NCBI GenBank assembly: GCA_049652745.1
Contig: JBASEY010000029.1
Coordinates: 66,440 to 130,439 of the forward strand
Reading direction: 5' to 3'
DNA: 64,000 nucleotides
Source: a bacterium
GTDB taxonomy: Bacteria; CSSED10-310
Part shown: in pieces, positions 55,734 to 64,000 of the stretch
Layout of the letters: each line of letters starts with the position of its first letter
How positions within the stretch are numbered: position 1 is the first letter of the stretch
Translations under genes and position numbers: made by a program
Notes under the pieces: model-generated
The model's input: only the letters and a program-made list of their open reading frames with translations
Database searches by the model: none
What the model was told of the DNA's origin: nothing

Positions 55734-56342
55734 TCATTCAACTTTTCGCTGTTCTTCCGGATGAAATCGGCTGGAAGGGTCGGATGAAGAGGTATCTTGC
55801 CGGCGGCTTGTGCGAAACAAGAAAAACAGCAACAACAGTGAAACAAGTGTAATTCCGAAGGGAAGTCTGGTTGGGTAAGGTAATGAAAAAAATCCTCTGC
55901 TGGTAAAAAAACCGATAAAAGATAGAAGCAGAGCCCAAAGAGTACAATTTATAAATTGAGCCCAAGCAAACCAGAACCAATTAGTTTTAAAAAACCCGAA
56001 AGCGGTCGCCGAAACAAGACGAATTCCATACCCATATTGCGTGATAAAAGTCGATTCCCAAGGATGGTGGATGATAACGTTTTCCAAAGTACCGATCAGT
56101 GTTTTTATGCGTGAACGAGATAATAGATGATGCTGCTTACTGAGCCAATATCCCAGAAGGTAAAAAAAACAGTGACCGACCCAAGAACTCACCGCAGCCA
56201 CAACAATAACTACCGAAATATTCAGAATGCCGTCGGCGGCAAGAATCCCTGCAAGGATTACAAAAACAAAGCTCTGGAAAAAAGAACCCAAAGCGATTGC
56301 CCACAACCCATATTGATCGAGTAATGAATAAAACGTATCCAT
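55734..56342 (-). CDS. DedA/SNARE-associated family membrane protein
   Basis: 202 aa. The N-terminal pattern YGLWAIALGSFFQSFVFVILAGILAADGILN...WVGHCFFYLLGY is typical of DedA. The Shine-Dalgarno is GGAGA. Confidence 0.65.
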   Translation of the reverse strand: MDTFYSLLDQYGLWAIALGSFFQSFVFVILAGILAADGILNISVVIVVAAVSSWVGHCFFYLLGYWLSKQHHLLSRSRIKTLIGTLENVIIHHPWESTFITQYGYGIRLVSATAFGFFKTNWFWFAWAQFINCTLWALLLSFIGFFTSRGFFSLPYPTRLPFGITLVSLLLLFFLFRTSRRQDTSSSDPSSRFHPEEQRKVE

Positions 56343-56530
56343 TCAATCTCCGGATCTCAAGAATAGCCTTTTAAAACAGAGAATTGCAAGTTCTTAATCT
56401 TTTTAATGAATAAGGCACGAAGATAATTATGGTAATCGTAAAGCGAATATTTTATTTGGCCTCTTGCTCGCAAAAAAAAGCACAAAACGGTAATATGGCT
56501 GTCGCTAGATCGAGAAGGAGGTAACCGGCC

Positions 56531-58534
56531 ATGAATTGTCAGTTATTACGTATATTGATGGTTATGGTGGTATTGGCTTGCCTGTTTTTTTCGGCTTGTA
56601 ATGATGTGCCGGCTATTAAAAACCAACCTCAAGAAATCGTTCAGGAGAATGTAAGCCCGATCAATCAATCAGAGTTAATACAGAAGAATATGCCCGAGGC
56701 GCCTTTTTCGCATGGGCTTTTGTCACCGCCTGAGCTTTCGCCGGCTCTTGCGGAAATCTCTGACCGCCGGATTGCGAATTACCCGGTCATAACAAATAGA
56801 ATTTTGAAAGGTGGCCGCTATGCTTTTCCGCTGGTTCTTGAGAATAACAGATTTGCTGTAGCATCTTTACGTGGAGTGGATTTTTTTGAATATGACGGCT
56901 CAGAACAGCGTGAGCTTCTTCCAAGTTTACAAATTGATACGCTCGGTGACGCGTGGTGCCTGGAAAAAGTCGGATCGTCTCTTTGGGTTGCAGATGGCTA
57001 TGCAGGGGTGTCCGCCTGGGATATGAGTACTGGGAAGGCTTTGGCTCAATGGCCGGATTTGGAGCAGGCGAGGGCGTTTCATGCATTGCATGACGGCAGA
57101 CTCGTTGTTTGTCGACATAGACAAGGTCTCGATATTCTTTCGGTAAATTCAAACGGAACAAAAATCACGCAGCGAATCCATGTTGATGCCGGTGAGCGGG
57201 TGAATTTTGTAACATCCGATGTTGATAGATTGTTCATCGGAACTGTAGGCGCCGGATATATAGCATATGATATCGATCCAGACTCCGCTGATTATAAATG
57301 GACATATACCGATTGTGACAGAATAGTATGGTGTGCTTATCGAGAGGGCTTTCATTACATCATAGATCAAGATAAGGGTCTTATAATTTTAGAAGACCAG
57401 GCAGATCAAATTCCCCGTTTTCTCAGCAATTTACTTCTACATGGCCAAACACGCCATGCCTGTTTTGTCGACGATGACAAGATTGTACTGGCTAATGAAA
57501 AAAGTATATATCTTGTCGATATCGCGCGACCGGGTAAGCCGCGGATTGTCCAGCAAGTTCCGGCAAAATTGGATATTCGAGGGGTGGCGCAGTTTGGAGA
57601 GGATCATCTGATTGTTACCGAGAGCGAATATGGTGTCCGCCTGATGAAGCTCAGCTCAGACCAAATCAAGGATGTCGTCATATTTGAACATAACGGGCTG
57701 GTAACAGATGTGGTTCCAATGGATTCAACTCATTTTCTCGTGACCAATACCGGTCAAGGACTCTCATTGCTCCATGCGGAAATTGATCACGAACTCACCG
57801 TCGTCTCGCGCTGGCGGGATACGGTTTATCCTGTTGCTGCAGACGCTCAAGAATCGGTTGCAGCGATTGCAGACTATGAGGGAGTATTGTTTCTTGATCT
57901 GAGCGATGAAAGAGTTATTAAAAAAATTTCCAAGATCAGGACACCGGGTCGAGCTGTAAATGTCTGTATGAAAGGGAAATATGCGTTTGTCGCAGACTGG
58001 TTTGAGGGAGTGCAAATTGTTGATATTCAAAACATATCGGAACCGGTTATTCGGTCAAATGTTTCGACAAAGGGCTGGGCGATAGATGTCGCAGTGACAT
58101 CTAATTATGCCTATGTTTGCAGTGTAACGGAAGGCTTGTTGACAGTGGATATCAGTGACCCGTCAAATCCACGCACAATCGGCATAGATCCTTCATCACA
58201 AGCCCCCGAAGCCGTCGCTCTAACAGAGCAGGCGCTTTATGTCGCGGATTTTAATTTTGGATTGATTGTTTTTGATCTGAAAGATCCCGCTAAGCCTAAA
58301 CCATCGGGTTGCTATAGGTTGGATGTGTGTAAAAATCTCGAGATACAGCGTAATCTTTTAATTGTTTCCAATTATATACACGGTGTGAAATGGTTTGATA
58401 TCTCCCAGCCGCTCAGACCGGTTTTGACGGGAGAACTAGACACGCCTGGAAAGTCATATGGCGTGGCATTTCTCCCCTATGAGAATCAGATTTTGGTTGC
58501 TGATTGGCACGAATTACTTCGAGTTGAGTGGTAA
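56531..58534 (+). CDS. LVIVD-repeat beta-propeller lipoprotein
   Basis: Lipobox LACLFFSAC. Repeated blocks match the LVIVD repeat (PF08309): YAFVADWFEGVQIVDIQNISEPV, YAYVCSVTEGLLTVDISDPSNP and LYVADFNFGLIVFDLKDPAKP. The Shine-Dalgarno is AAGGAGG. Confidence 0.65.
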   Translation: MNCQLLRILMVMVVLACLFFSACNDVPAIKNQPQEIVQENVSPINQSELIQKNMPEAPFSHGLLSPPELSPALAEISDRRIANYPVITNRILKGGRYAFPLVLENNRFAVASLRGVDFFEYDGSEQRELLPSLQIDTLGDAWCLEKVGSSLWVADGYAGVSAWDMSTGKALAQWPDLEQARAFHALHDGRLVVCRHRQGLDILSVNSNGTKITQRIHVDAGERVNFVTSDVDRLFIGTVGAGYIAYDIDPDSADYKWTYTDCDRIVWCAYREGFHYIIDQDKGLIILEDQADQIPRFLSNLLLHGQTRHACFVDDDKIVLANEKSIYLVDIARPGKPRIVQQVPAKLDIRGVAQFGEDHLIVTESEYGVRLMKLSSDQIKDVVIFEHNGLVTDVVPMDSTHFLVTNTGQGLSLLHAEIDHELTVVSRWRDTVYPVAADAQESVAAIADYEGVLFLDLSDERVIKKISKIRTPGRAVNVCMKGKYAFVADWFEGVQIVDIQNISEPVIRSNVSTKGWAIDVAVTSNYAYVCSVTEGLLTVDISDPSNPRTIGIDPSSQAPEAVALTEQALYVADFNFGLIVFDLKDPAKPKPSGCYRLDVCKNLEIQRNLLIVSNYIHGVKWFDISQPLRPVLTGELDTPGKSYGVAFLPYENQILVADWHELLRVEW

Positions 58535-59865
58535 TGGAACGATTCACATGTGACTGGATTTTTTCTACATTGGTGGTTTTGTGTGATGGGAAAGTGGTAT
58601 GTGGTTGCGCGGATCCATATGGTTTACGTCCTTTGGGGGATGTCAATCGACAAACGCTTTACGAGATATGGCATTCTGAAACCGCGTGCAAAATAAGGGA
58701 AGGGTTAAATCACGGATATGCGGCTTTTTGTGAACCGTGTGGATTGAAATGCAGATTGAAAGATGGCGAAAATCCTCCTAGTAAATCCGTTCATCCCGAA
58801 ACGATCTCCAGACTGTTTATTGAACCAACCGTATTGTGTAATCTTGATTGCTATAAATCTGTTTGCAACAAAGCTTCGGGTATTGTGAATACGCGAAAAA
58901 CTCCGATGATGGATTTTGAATTGTACAAAACAATTGTGGATGAAGTTGGATCGAACCTCAGTCGGCTGGATTTTTTTAATTACGGGGAATCGTTTGTTCA
59001 TCCGCAGGCTGTCGATATGCTGGAGTATTTTAAATCTAAATACCCTCAACCATATGTATACATCAGTACCAACGGCTTGATGCTGAATGAACAAAAAATT
59101 TCCCGCCTTGTACAAGCCGGTATCGATGAAATAACGTTTTCAGTTGATGGCGCTGATCAGGAAACCTATCAAAAATATCGCATTGGCGGCGACTTTGAAC
59201 GGGTCAAAGACTTGATGACCCTGATGGTACGATTGCGCAATGAAAGAGGAAGAGAAGTCCCTTTTATTAACTGGCGATATATTTTATTTTCATGGAATGA
59301 TTCCGATTCACAGATGCAGAAAGCTCGAGATTTAGCTCATTCGATAGGTGTGGACAGGTTGACATGGGAGATAACGGATCATCCGGAAGATGCCGTTTCA
59401 GATCGGTATCAACCCGGGACGAAAGATTGGCGGACCGTATACCATGAAATCTGGGATACAAGTCATTTGAGCAATGCGATTGAGTCAAATTTGTATCGCG
59501 CGGATATTCAACTTCTACGAAGTCTGCCGATCGTAATGCGGCGAAATAAAGAATCGAATATCCGGGTATCGGTTAAAAATATTGCACGTGTTTCTTGGAA
59601 GGATAGGACTTTTTCCGGAAGACGACTGGTTCGTTTAGGAGCGCAACTGCACGACAGAAAAAAGCGATTGTTAAACCGGGATTATGCCAGAGCCTTCTTG
59701 CCCAAGTCGCTTCATCAAAACGAGGAAGTCGATATTACCCTCCAGCTTCCTCCATTGGAAACCTCCGGTCTATATTGGCTTAAACTGGATATGGTATCGG
59801 AAGGAATTGATTGGTTTGAAAGAGGTGGCTCAAATGTCACATGGGTTCGTTTAATAGTGTTTTGA
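58534..59865 (+). CDS. Atypical radical SAM protein with an N-terminal SPASM/twitch-like Cys cluster and a CX3CX4C core motif
   Basis: The core has ISTNGLMLNE and ITFSVDGADQETYQKYRIGG. The cluster motif is CNLDCYKSVC. An N-terminal Cys-rich region (CDGKVVCGC, LGDVNRQTLYEIWHS, FCEPCGLKC) precedes the core. The ATG overlaps the upstream stop as TAATG. Confidence 0.55.
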   Translation: MERFTCDWIFSTLVVLCDGKVVCGCADPYGLRPLGDVNRQTLYEIWHSETACKIREGLNHGYAAFCEPCGLKCRLKDGENPPSKSVHPETISRLFIEPTVLCNLDCYKSVCNKASGIVNTRKTPMMDFELYKTIVDEVGSNLSRLDFFNYGESFVHPQAVDMLEYFKSKYPQPYVYISTNGLMLNEQKISRLVQAGIDEITFSVDGADQETYQKYRIGGDFERVKDLMTLMVRLRNERGREVPFINWRYILFSWNDSDSQMQKARDLAHSIGVDRLTWEITDHPEDAVSDRYQPGTKDWRTVYHEIWDTSHLSNAIESNLYRADIQLLRSLPIVMRRNKESNIRVSVKNIARVSWKDRTFSGRRLVRLGAQLHDRKKRLLNRDYARAFLPKSLHQNEEVDITLQLPPLETSGLYWLKLDMVSEGIDWFERGGSNVTWVRLIVF

Positions 59866-60186
59866 CAGGAACGAATTCATTTCTATCTTGCTCGTTATCT
59901 CCCGCTCAATAGAGGTTGATCACATCAAAGCCGGAAATCGAGGTGATGATACACAAAATCAAACATCTGCTTGAGATCAGGCATGTTTTTGTCGACGGCA
60001 TGTAAAAATGATCCAATTATGGGCACGAAAAATGTACCAGGTATGGCATTGAGGCGCTTGGTTGGAGAACATCTATTTGATCTTTGTCTGATAATCGCTG
60101 AGCTTCAACCTTGAAAGCGGAATTATGAACAGGCTTTTAAAAGAATTGATCGCGATTCCGCTGTTGCTGTAAATAATTATTTGAGC

Positions 60187-60909
60187 TTAAAAGTCGCTCC
60201 TGACAGTTGTTTGAGACGATAGAATTTTTAGCAAGGTTTGCTGGTAATTTTCAATGATATGATCAAATGGATAGGAATCGATCTGACTGATCAATTGACA
60301 GCATTTTTGGAAAAGCTCGATATTATGGCTCATTAGCAGGCCGGCAAATCGTTCATGAAATTTTTGCAGGCTTCGAGGATGCGCAGTCGAGCATTCTGAA
60401 AGCCAGTGATCGATAACAAAAACGTGTTCGATAAATGTCTTTCGAGAATCGGCATCTTCAATTGATACCTCATCGATAACCGGCAACATGTAAAATCGTC
60501 TTATGAAGGTTTCAGCGAAAAGTCCTCTTCCTTCAAATAATGGATCTCCAGTTTGATTGAATATTTCCACTCCGAAGAGGCCGCAGCTAGGCGATTTACT
60601 TTTAAAAATGAAGCCTCTCAATTTTGATTCCACCAATTGATCACAGCGGGTCTTCGACCAGGTCAGCATATGCTGAGTGAGATCTATTCTGGTTGTTTGG
60701 GTGATTAAAATCGGGTTATCGATATCGCCTTCCAGAACCATCGGTTCACGTGGAATACTCAAGCCGGATTCGACTTCCGGGCAGACTGGGAGCAGATCAA
60801 AATACCGGCCGAAAAAGGTCGTAATATATTCGTTCAATTTGTGTCGACCATCGTATCTGACGAGATTTCCCAATAAGCAGGAGCTGATACCCAGGGTGAT
60901 TTTGTTCAT
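60187..60909 (-). CDS. DUF523/DUF1722 fusion protein (YbgA/TudS-like)
   Basis: The N-terminus ITLGISSCLLGNLVRYDG matches DUF523, the 2-thiouracil desulfurase family. The C-terminal helical half resembles DUF1722. Confidence 0.65.
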   Translation of the reverse strand: MNKITLGISSCLLGNLVRYDGRHKLNEYITTFFGRYFDLLPVCPEVESGLSIPREPMVLEGDIDNPILITQTTRIDLTQHMLTWSKTRCDQLVESKLRGFIFKSKSPSCGLFGVEIFNQTGDPLFEGRGLFAETFIRRFYMLPVIDEVSIEDADSRKTFIEHVFVIDHWLSECSTAHPRSLQKFHERFAGLLMSHNIELFQKCCQLISQIDSYPFDHIIENYQQTLLKILSSQTTVRSDF

Positions 60910-60930
60910 AATAACAGATTGACAGATTAC

Positions 60931-61674
60931 TTATTCAAATAAAGCGTAAGAATGCTTTGATGATTCATCCAGATCGGAGAGAATTGTTGAGATGCGAACA
61001 CTTTGGTCCTGAATGATTTTGAGATATTTAAAGAATTCGTTATTGTTATCCTGGTTACTTTGCTCCATTATCAACTGAACTCTTGCCAATATGGTTGTGA
61101 GAGGGTTGATTATTTCGTGTTTTAAATTGGCGATCGTTTCGTTGACAGCTTGTTTTTGAGCTATTTCAATTAATTGTGTTTGCGCGGTTTTCAGTTGTGC
61201 CAGGGCAAGTTCCAGAGCGTTGTTTTTTTCTTTTAAATTGGTTATTAAACGTTTGTTTTCAAGATGCAAGCGTCTTTTTTCAAGTCCTCTTTCGATTATT
61301 ATCATCAAATCAGGAATCAAGAATGGTTTAAGCAGGTATTCATAGGCGCCTTTGCGAATGGATTCAACAGCGGATTCCAAGGTGGCATAACCGGTCATCA
61401 GTATCACAATGGTATTTGGATCCAGAGAGTGAGCTTTTTCCAAAACCTGTAATCCATTTATTTGAGGCATGACCAAATCTGATATGACTAGATCAAATTT
61501 ATCATGGTTATCAACGGTAGCGTCCAGCTTTCGTATACCTTCTGCGCCTGAATCGGCTATATCAACGCAGTATCCTTCAAGGGTGAGCAGTTCTTGCAGG
61601 CTTTCCAGCACACAATGCTCAGTATCGACTAAAAGTATTCGCTCGTTTTTTCCAGATTTTACTTTATTGGGCAT
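60931..61674 (-). CDS. Response-regulator receiver fused to a HisKA dimerisation/phosphoacceptor domain, with no HATPase
   Basis: REC motifs are ILLVDTE, DLVISDLVMP, TGYAT and K in LLKPF. A coiled coil follows, then the H-box LKHEIINPLTTI. There is no ATPase domain. The start at MPNKV (ATG at 61674) follows a GGAGGGGG Shine-Dalgarno. Confidence 0.6.
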   Translation of the reverse strand: MPNKVKSGKNERILLVDTEHCVLESLQELLTLEGYCVDIADSGAEGIRKLDATVDNHDKFDLVISDLVMPQINGLQVLEKAHSLDPNTIVILMTGYATLESAVESIRKGAYEYLLKPFLIPDLMIIIERGLEKRRLHLENKRLITNLKEKNNALELALAQLKTAQTQLIEIAQKQAVNETIANLKHEIINPLTTILARVQLIMEQSNQDNNNEFFKYLKIIQDQSVRISTILSDLDESSKHSYALFE

Positions 61675-62004
61675 TGATGAATCGTCACCCCCTCCTCGAA
61701 CAGATTGACTGCAAAATTTGTACCCTGAATTATTTTCGTTGAAAGGGTCAAAATCGGTGGAAATCCTCTTTTGAAGCGTGAAAAATGTGCAATTTTGATC
61801 GGGATGTGCATTTTTTTCTGGCAAGATATAAATAGGATGTCGATTGTTCAATAAGGACATAAATTTCCATCCTCCGGAGGATCATGCAGAAGAGGTAGCA
61901 TTGGTAAAGTAAAATAAATACTTGATTATTTTGCTTAAGAAGATAGAATATAACTGCTTTTCAGAGAGGTTCCATTAGCCTTTGGAGAAAAGCGGGAGGT
62001 TCGT

Positions 62005-62496
62005 ATGTTCAAGGTTGGGGATCTACTGATCTATCCAACTCAAGGATTGGCCGAGGTGCAGGGAATCGAGAAAAAATCGATTAATGGCACACAGGTGGAC
62101 TTTTATATTTTAGAAATTGTTTCAAAAGGTTTGGCCATAATGGTTCCAACAGCCAATGAGGCCAAAATAGGCCTTAGAAAAGTCGTTGACAAAGAGCAGA
62201 TACAGAAGGTCAAAGAAATATTGAGTCATCCTTCTGAAAATCGTTATTCACAATGGCACCATAGATATACGGATAACTCCGAAAAACTTAAATCAGGCTC
62301 GATCTTCATGACAGCCGAAGTATTACGGGATTTGTATCTTATTAAACAAAAGAAAAACCTCGCCATTAAAGAATCGCGAATGATGGATAATGCCATGCAG
62401 TTGTTGGTCTCGGAAATAGCTGCAGCTAAAGGGATTTCGGAAAAAGAAGCTACGCATTCCATTCGTGAATCTTTGGCAAAGCTCGAAAATACGTGA
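62005..62496 (+). CDS. cdnL: CarD/CdnL-family RNA-polymerase-binding transcription regulator
   Basis: The N-terminus MFKVGDLLIYPTQGLAEVQGIE (CarD_TRCF RNAP-interacting domain) is present. 163 aa. The Shine-Dalgarno is GGGAGG. Confidence 0.85.
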   Translation: MFKVGDLLIYPTQGLAEVQGIEKKSINGTQVDFYILEIVSKGLAIMVPTANEAKIGLRKVVDKEQIQKVKEILSHPSENRYSQWHHRYTDNSEKLKSGSIFMTAEVLRDLYLIKQKKNLAIKESRMMDNAMQLLVSEIAAAKGISEKEATHSIRESLAKLENT

Positions 62497-62661
62497 TCTT
62501 TTAATACATCTTCACCATGTTGTGACCGTTTTTTTCGGAACCTGGATGGAGTCGGGTTCGTTTTATTTCCATGCTGGTAATCTGTCGGCATAGTTGATAA
62601 TACAAAACACTCGACAGAGTTTCAGCTTGTTGAAAAATTATGGAAGAAAGGAGTCAGGGTT

Positions 62662-63939
62662 GTGAGAAGGCTTATCATAGTGGGTGTTTGGAGTGTTGTT
62701 TTATGCTGGCACTTTACCGGGGTTGTTCAAGCCGATAACGAAGATCCGGTTATCGCAGAGATCGGTGACATTCAAATCCGTCAATCTGAATTGGATAAAA
62801 AAATTCAAGAGGTGCCGGTGATTGCCCGAGCGAAATTTGAAACCAAAGAAGGACAATTGTCTTTGCTTGAGCGAATCGTTCGAACCAAAGCCATGATGAA
62901 GGCTGCTGAAGAAGCAGGATATTTGGATCGAGAGGATGTGCAGTACCAGCTCGAGAACCAGCGTGAGAGAATTCTTGCGTCTGAGTATTTCAATGATCAT
63001 ATTTCTCCCGGCCCTATACCGTCGGATGCGGAATTGCTTAAGTTTTATGAACTAAATAAAGATGAGATGTTCAAAGTTGAGGCTATGGCTGAGGCCCGAC
63101 AGATAGTATTGGATACTAAAGAAGCAGCAGAAAATGTAAAAAGGATGATCGACGAAGGGCATCTTACATTTGAAAAAGCAGTGGAAATTTACTCAATCGA
63201 TGAAACCCGGGAAAACAAGGGAAATCTTGGTGTTCTGACCAGCAATAGTTTCATTCGCGGCATAGGACGATCAAAGCCGTTCATTGACATGGTTTTTAGC
63301 TTGAAATCGAATGAAGTTTCTGAGCCTTTTGAAACACGAAAAGGTTGGCATTTAGTCAATTTGATTCGTCTGCAAAATGAGGGTTATCAGCCTTTTGAAC
63401 TGGTTAAACAGGATATCGCCAAACGCATGTTGGTGACAGATGAGGAAATTCGAAAGGAATATGAAGAAAACCCAGACGCGTATTCTGCTCGCGAACGCTG
63501 CAAGATCAGTCACATTTTATTGAAAACACGAGAAGACGCTGAGAATGTTCTTTCAGAATTAAAAAAAGGAAAAGACTTTTCATCCTTGGTTCAGCAGTAT
63601 TCGATTGATCTCCATACAGTGAAGCAGGACGGAAATCTTGGATATTTGTATAGAGGTGGCTACATTCGAGGGGTTGGGCAGGATATCGAGTTTGAAAAAG
63701 CGGTGTTTGCTTTGAAGGAAGGGGATATATCCCGGCCAATTGAATCCAAAAAAGGTTGGCATATTGTGAGGGTTGATGAAAAAGAGGAATCTGCCGTCAA
63801 ACCGTTTGTAGAAGTGGAAGAGAAAATCCGACAAGAACTCACAGAAAAAAAACTTGAACAGTATCAGGAAGATAAGTTTGACGAATTGAGTAAACGATTT
63901 AAAATTAAAATTTTTGATGATCGGATTCAAGATAAATAG
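62662..63939 (+). CDS. surA: Periplasmic parvulin-type peptidyl-prolyl isomerase chaperone (SurA/PpiD-like)
   Basis: A signal peptide and a SurA-like N-domain are followed by two PpiC/parvulin domains (ARQIVLDTKEAA...GNLGVL and ISHILLKTREDA...GNLGYL). The start is GTG with an AGGAG Shine-Dalgarno. Confidence 0.8.
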   Translation: MRRLIIVGVWSVVLCWHFTGVVQADNEDPVIAEIGDIQIRQSELDKKIQEVPVIARAKFETKEGQLSLLERIVRTKAMMKAAEEAGYLDREDVQYQLENQRERILASEYFNDHISPGPIPSDAELLKFYELNKDEMFKVEAMAEARQIVLDTKEAAENVKRMIDEGHLTFEKAVEIYSIDETRENKGNLGVLTSNSFIRGIGRSKPFIDMVFSLKSNEVSEPFETRKGWHLVNLIRLQNEGYQPFELVKQDIAKRMLVTDEEIRKEYEENPDAYSARERCKISHILLKTREDAENVLSELKKGKDFSSLVQQYSIDLHTVKQDGNLGYLYRGGYIRGVGQDIEFEKAVFALKEGDISRPIESKKGWHIVRVDEKEESAVKPFVEVEEKIRQELTEKKLEQYQEDKFDELSKRFKIKIFDDRIQDK

Positions 63940-63966
63940 TTCATGTCTCAAGGGGGGTAGTCTTTC

Positions 63967-64000
63967 ATGTATGCTGATGTGCAACAAATGAATGAACGCG
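63967..64000 (+). CDS. 5' fragment of a gene continuing beyond the window end
   Basis: ATG at 63967 follows AAGGGGGG. Only 11 codons are visible. Confidence 0.2.
   Translation, partial: MYADVQQMNER

Noticed and set aside
1-64000. Search for tRNA, rRNA, CRISPR repeats, IS elements, integrases and prophage genes
   Set aside because: I found no T-loop/acceptor-like cloverleaf candidates, no regularly spaced direct repeats, and no transposase or integrase motifs. The window looks like core chromosome.

Overview
This 64-kb window reads as a chromosomal, non-mobile stretch of a diderm (Gram-negative-type) bacterium, about 45-47% GC. The diderm call rests on lptD, a surA-like gene and rlpA. Several genes suggest an anaerobic lifestyle: a class II B12-dependent RNR, a fructose-6-phosphate aldolase-type transaldolase and multiple radical-SAM enzymes. 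Nearly every gene has a Shine-Dalgarno sequence, and many adjacent genes overlap stop and start codons as ATGA or TAATG. I found no rRNA, tRNA, CRISPR array, transposase or integrase. I call about 50 protein genes. Housekeeping and metabolic genes include gdhA, lipA, class V and NifS-type cysteine desulfurases, aspC, alr, fsa/tal, malQ, trxA, accD, lptD, a pyrK-like gene, rlpA, nrdJ, nrnA, a cdnL-like gene and a surA-like gene. A set of secreted hydrolases comprises a papain-like C1 protease, an M14 carboxypeptidase with a dockerin tail, a BNR lipoprotein and an arylsulfotransferase-like propeller. Several genes are signalling-related or of unknown function and deserve attention. The first is a GGDEF-STAND NTPase-TPR giant protein sitting divergent to nrnA. 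The second is a response-regulator protein with two DUF4388-like domains. The third is a receiver-HisKA protein that lacks an ATPase domain. The fourth is a tandem ThyX-like protein. The fifth is a translationally coupled pair: an LVIVD-repeat lipoprotein followed by an atypical radical-SAM protein whose SPASM-like Cys cluster is N-terminal and whose core motif is CX3CX4C. The sixth is a same-strand cluster of cupin, divergent transketolase-like, B12-binding radical SAM, secreted protein and FAD amine-oxidase-like oxidoreductase genes, with a convergent PMT/ArnT-like membrane protein. I could not run homology searches, so every family assignment is from motifs read directly in the translations.
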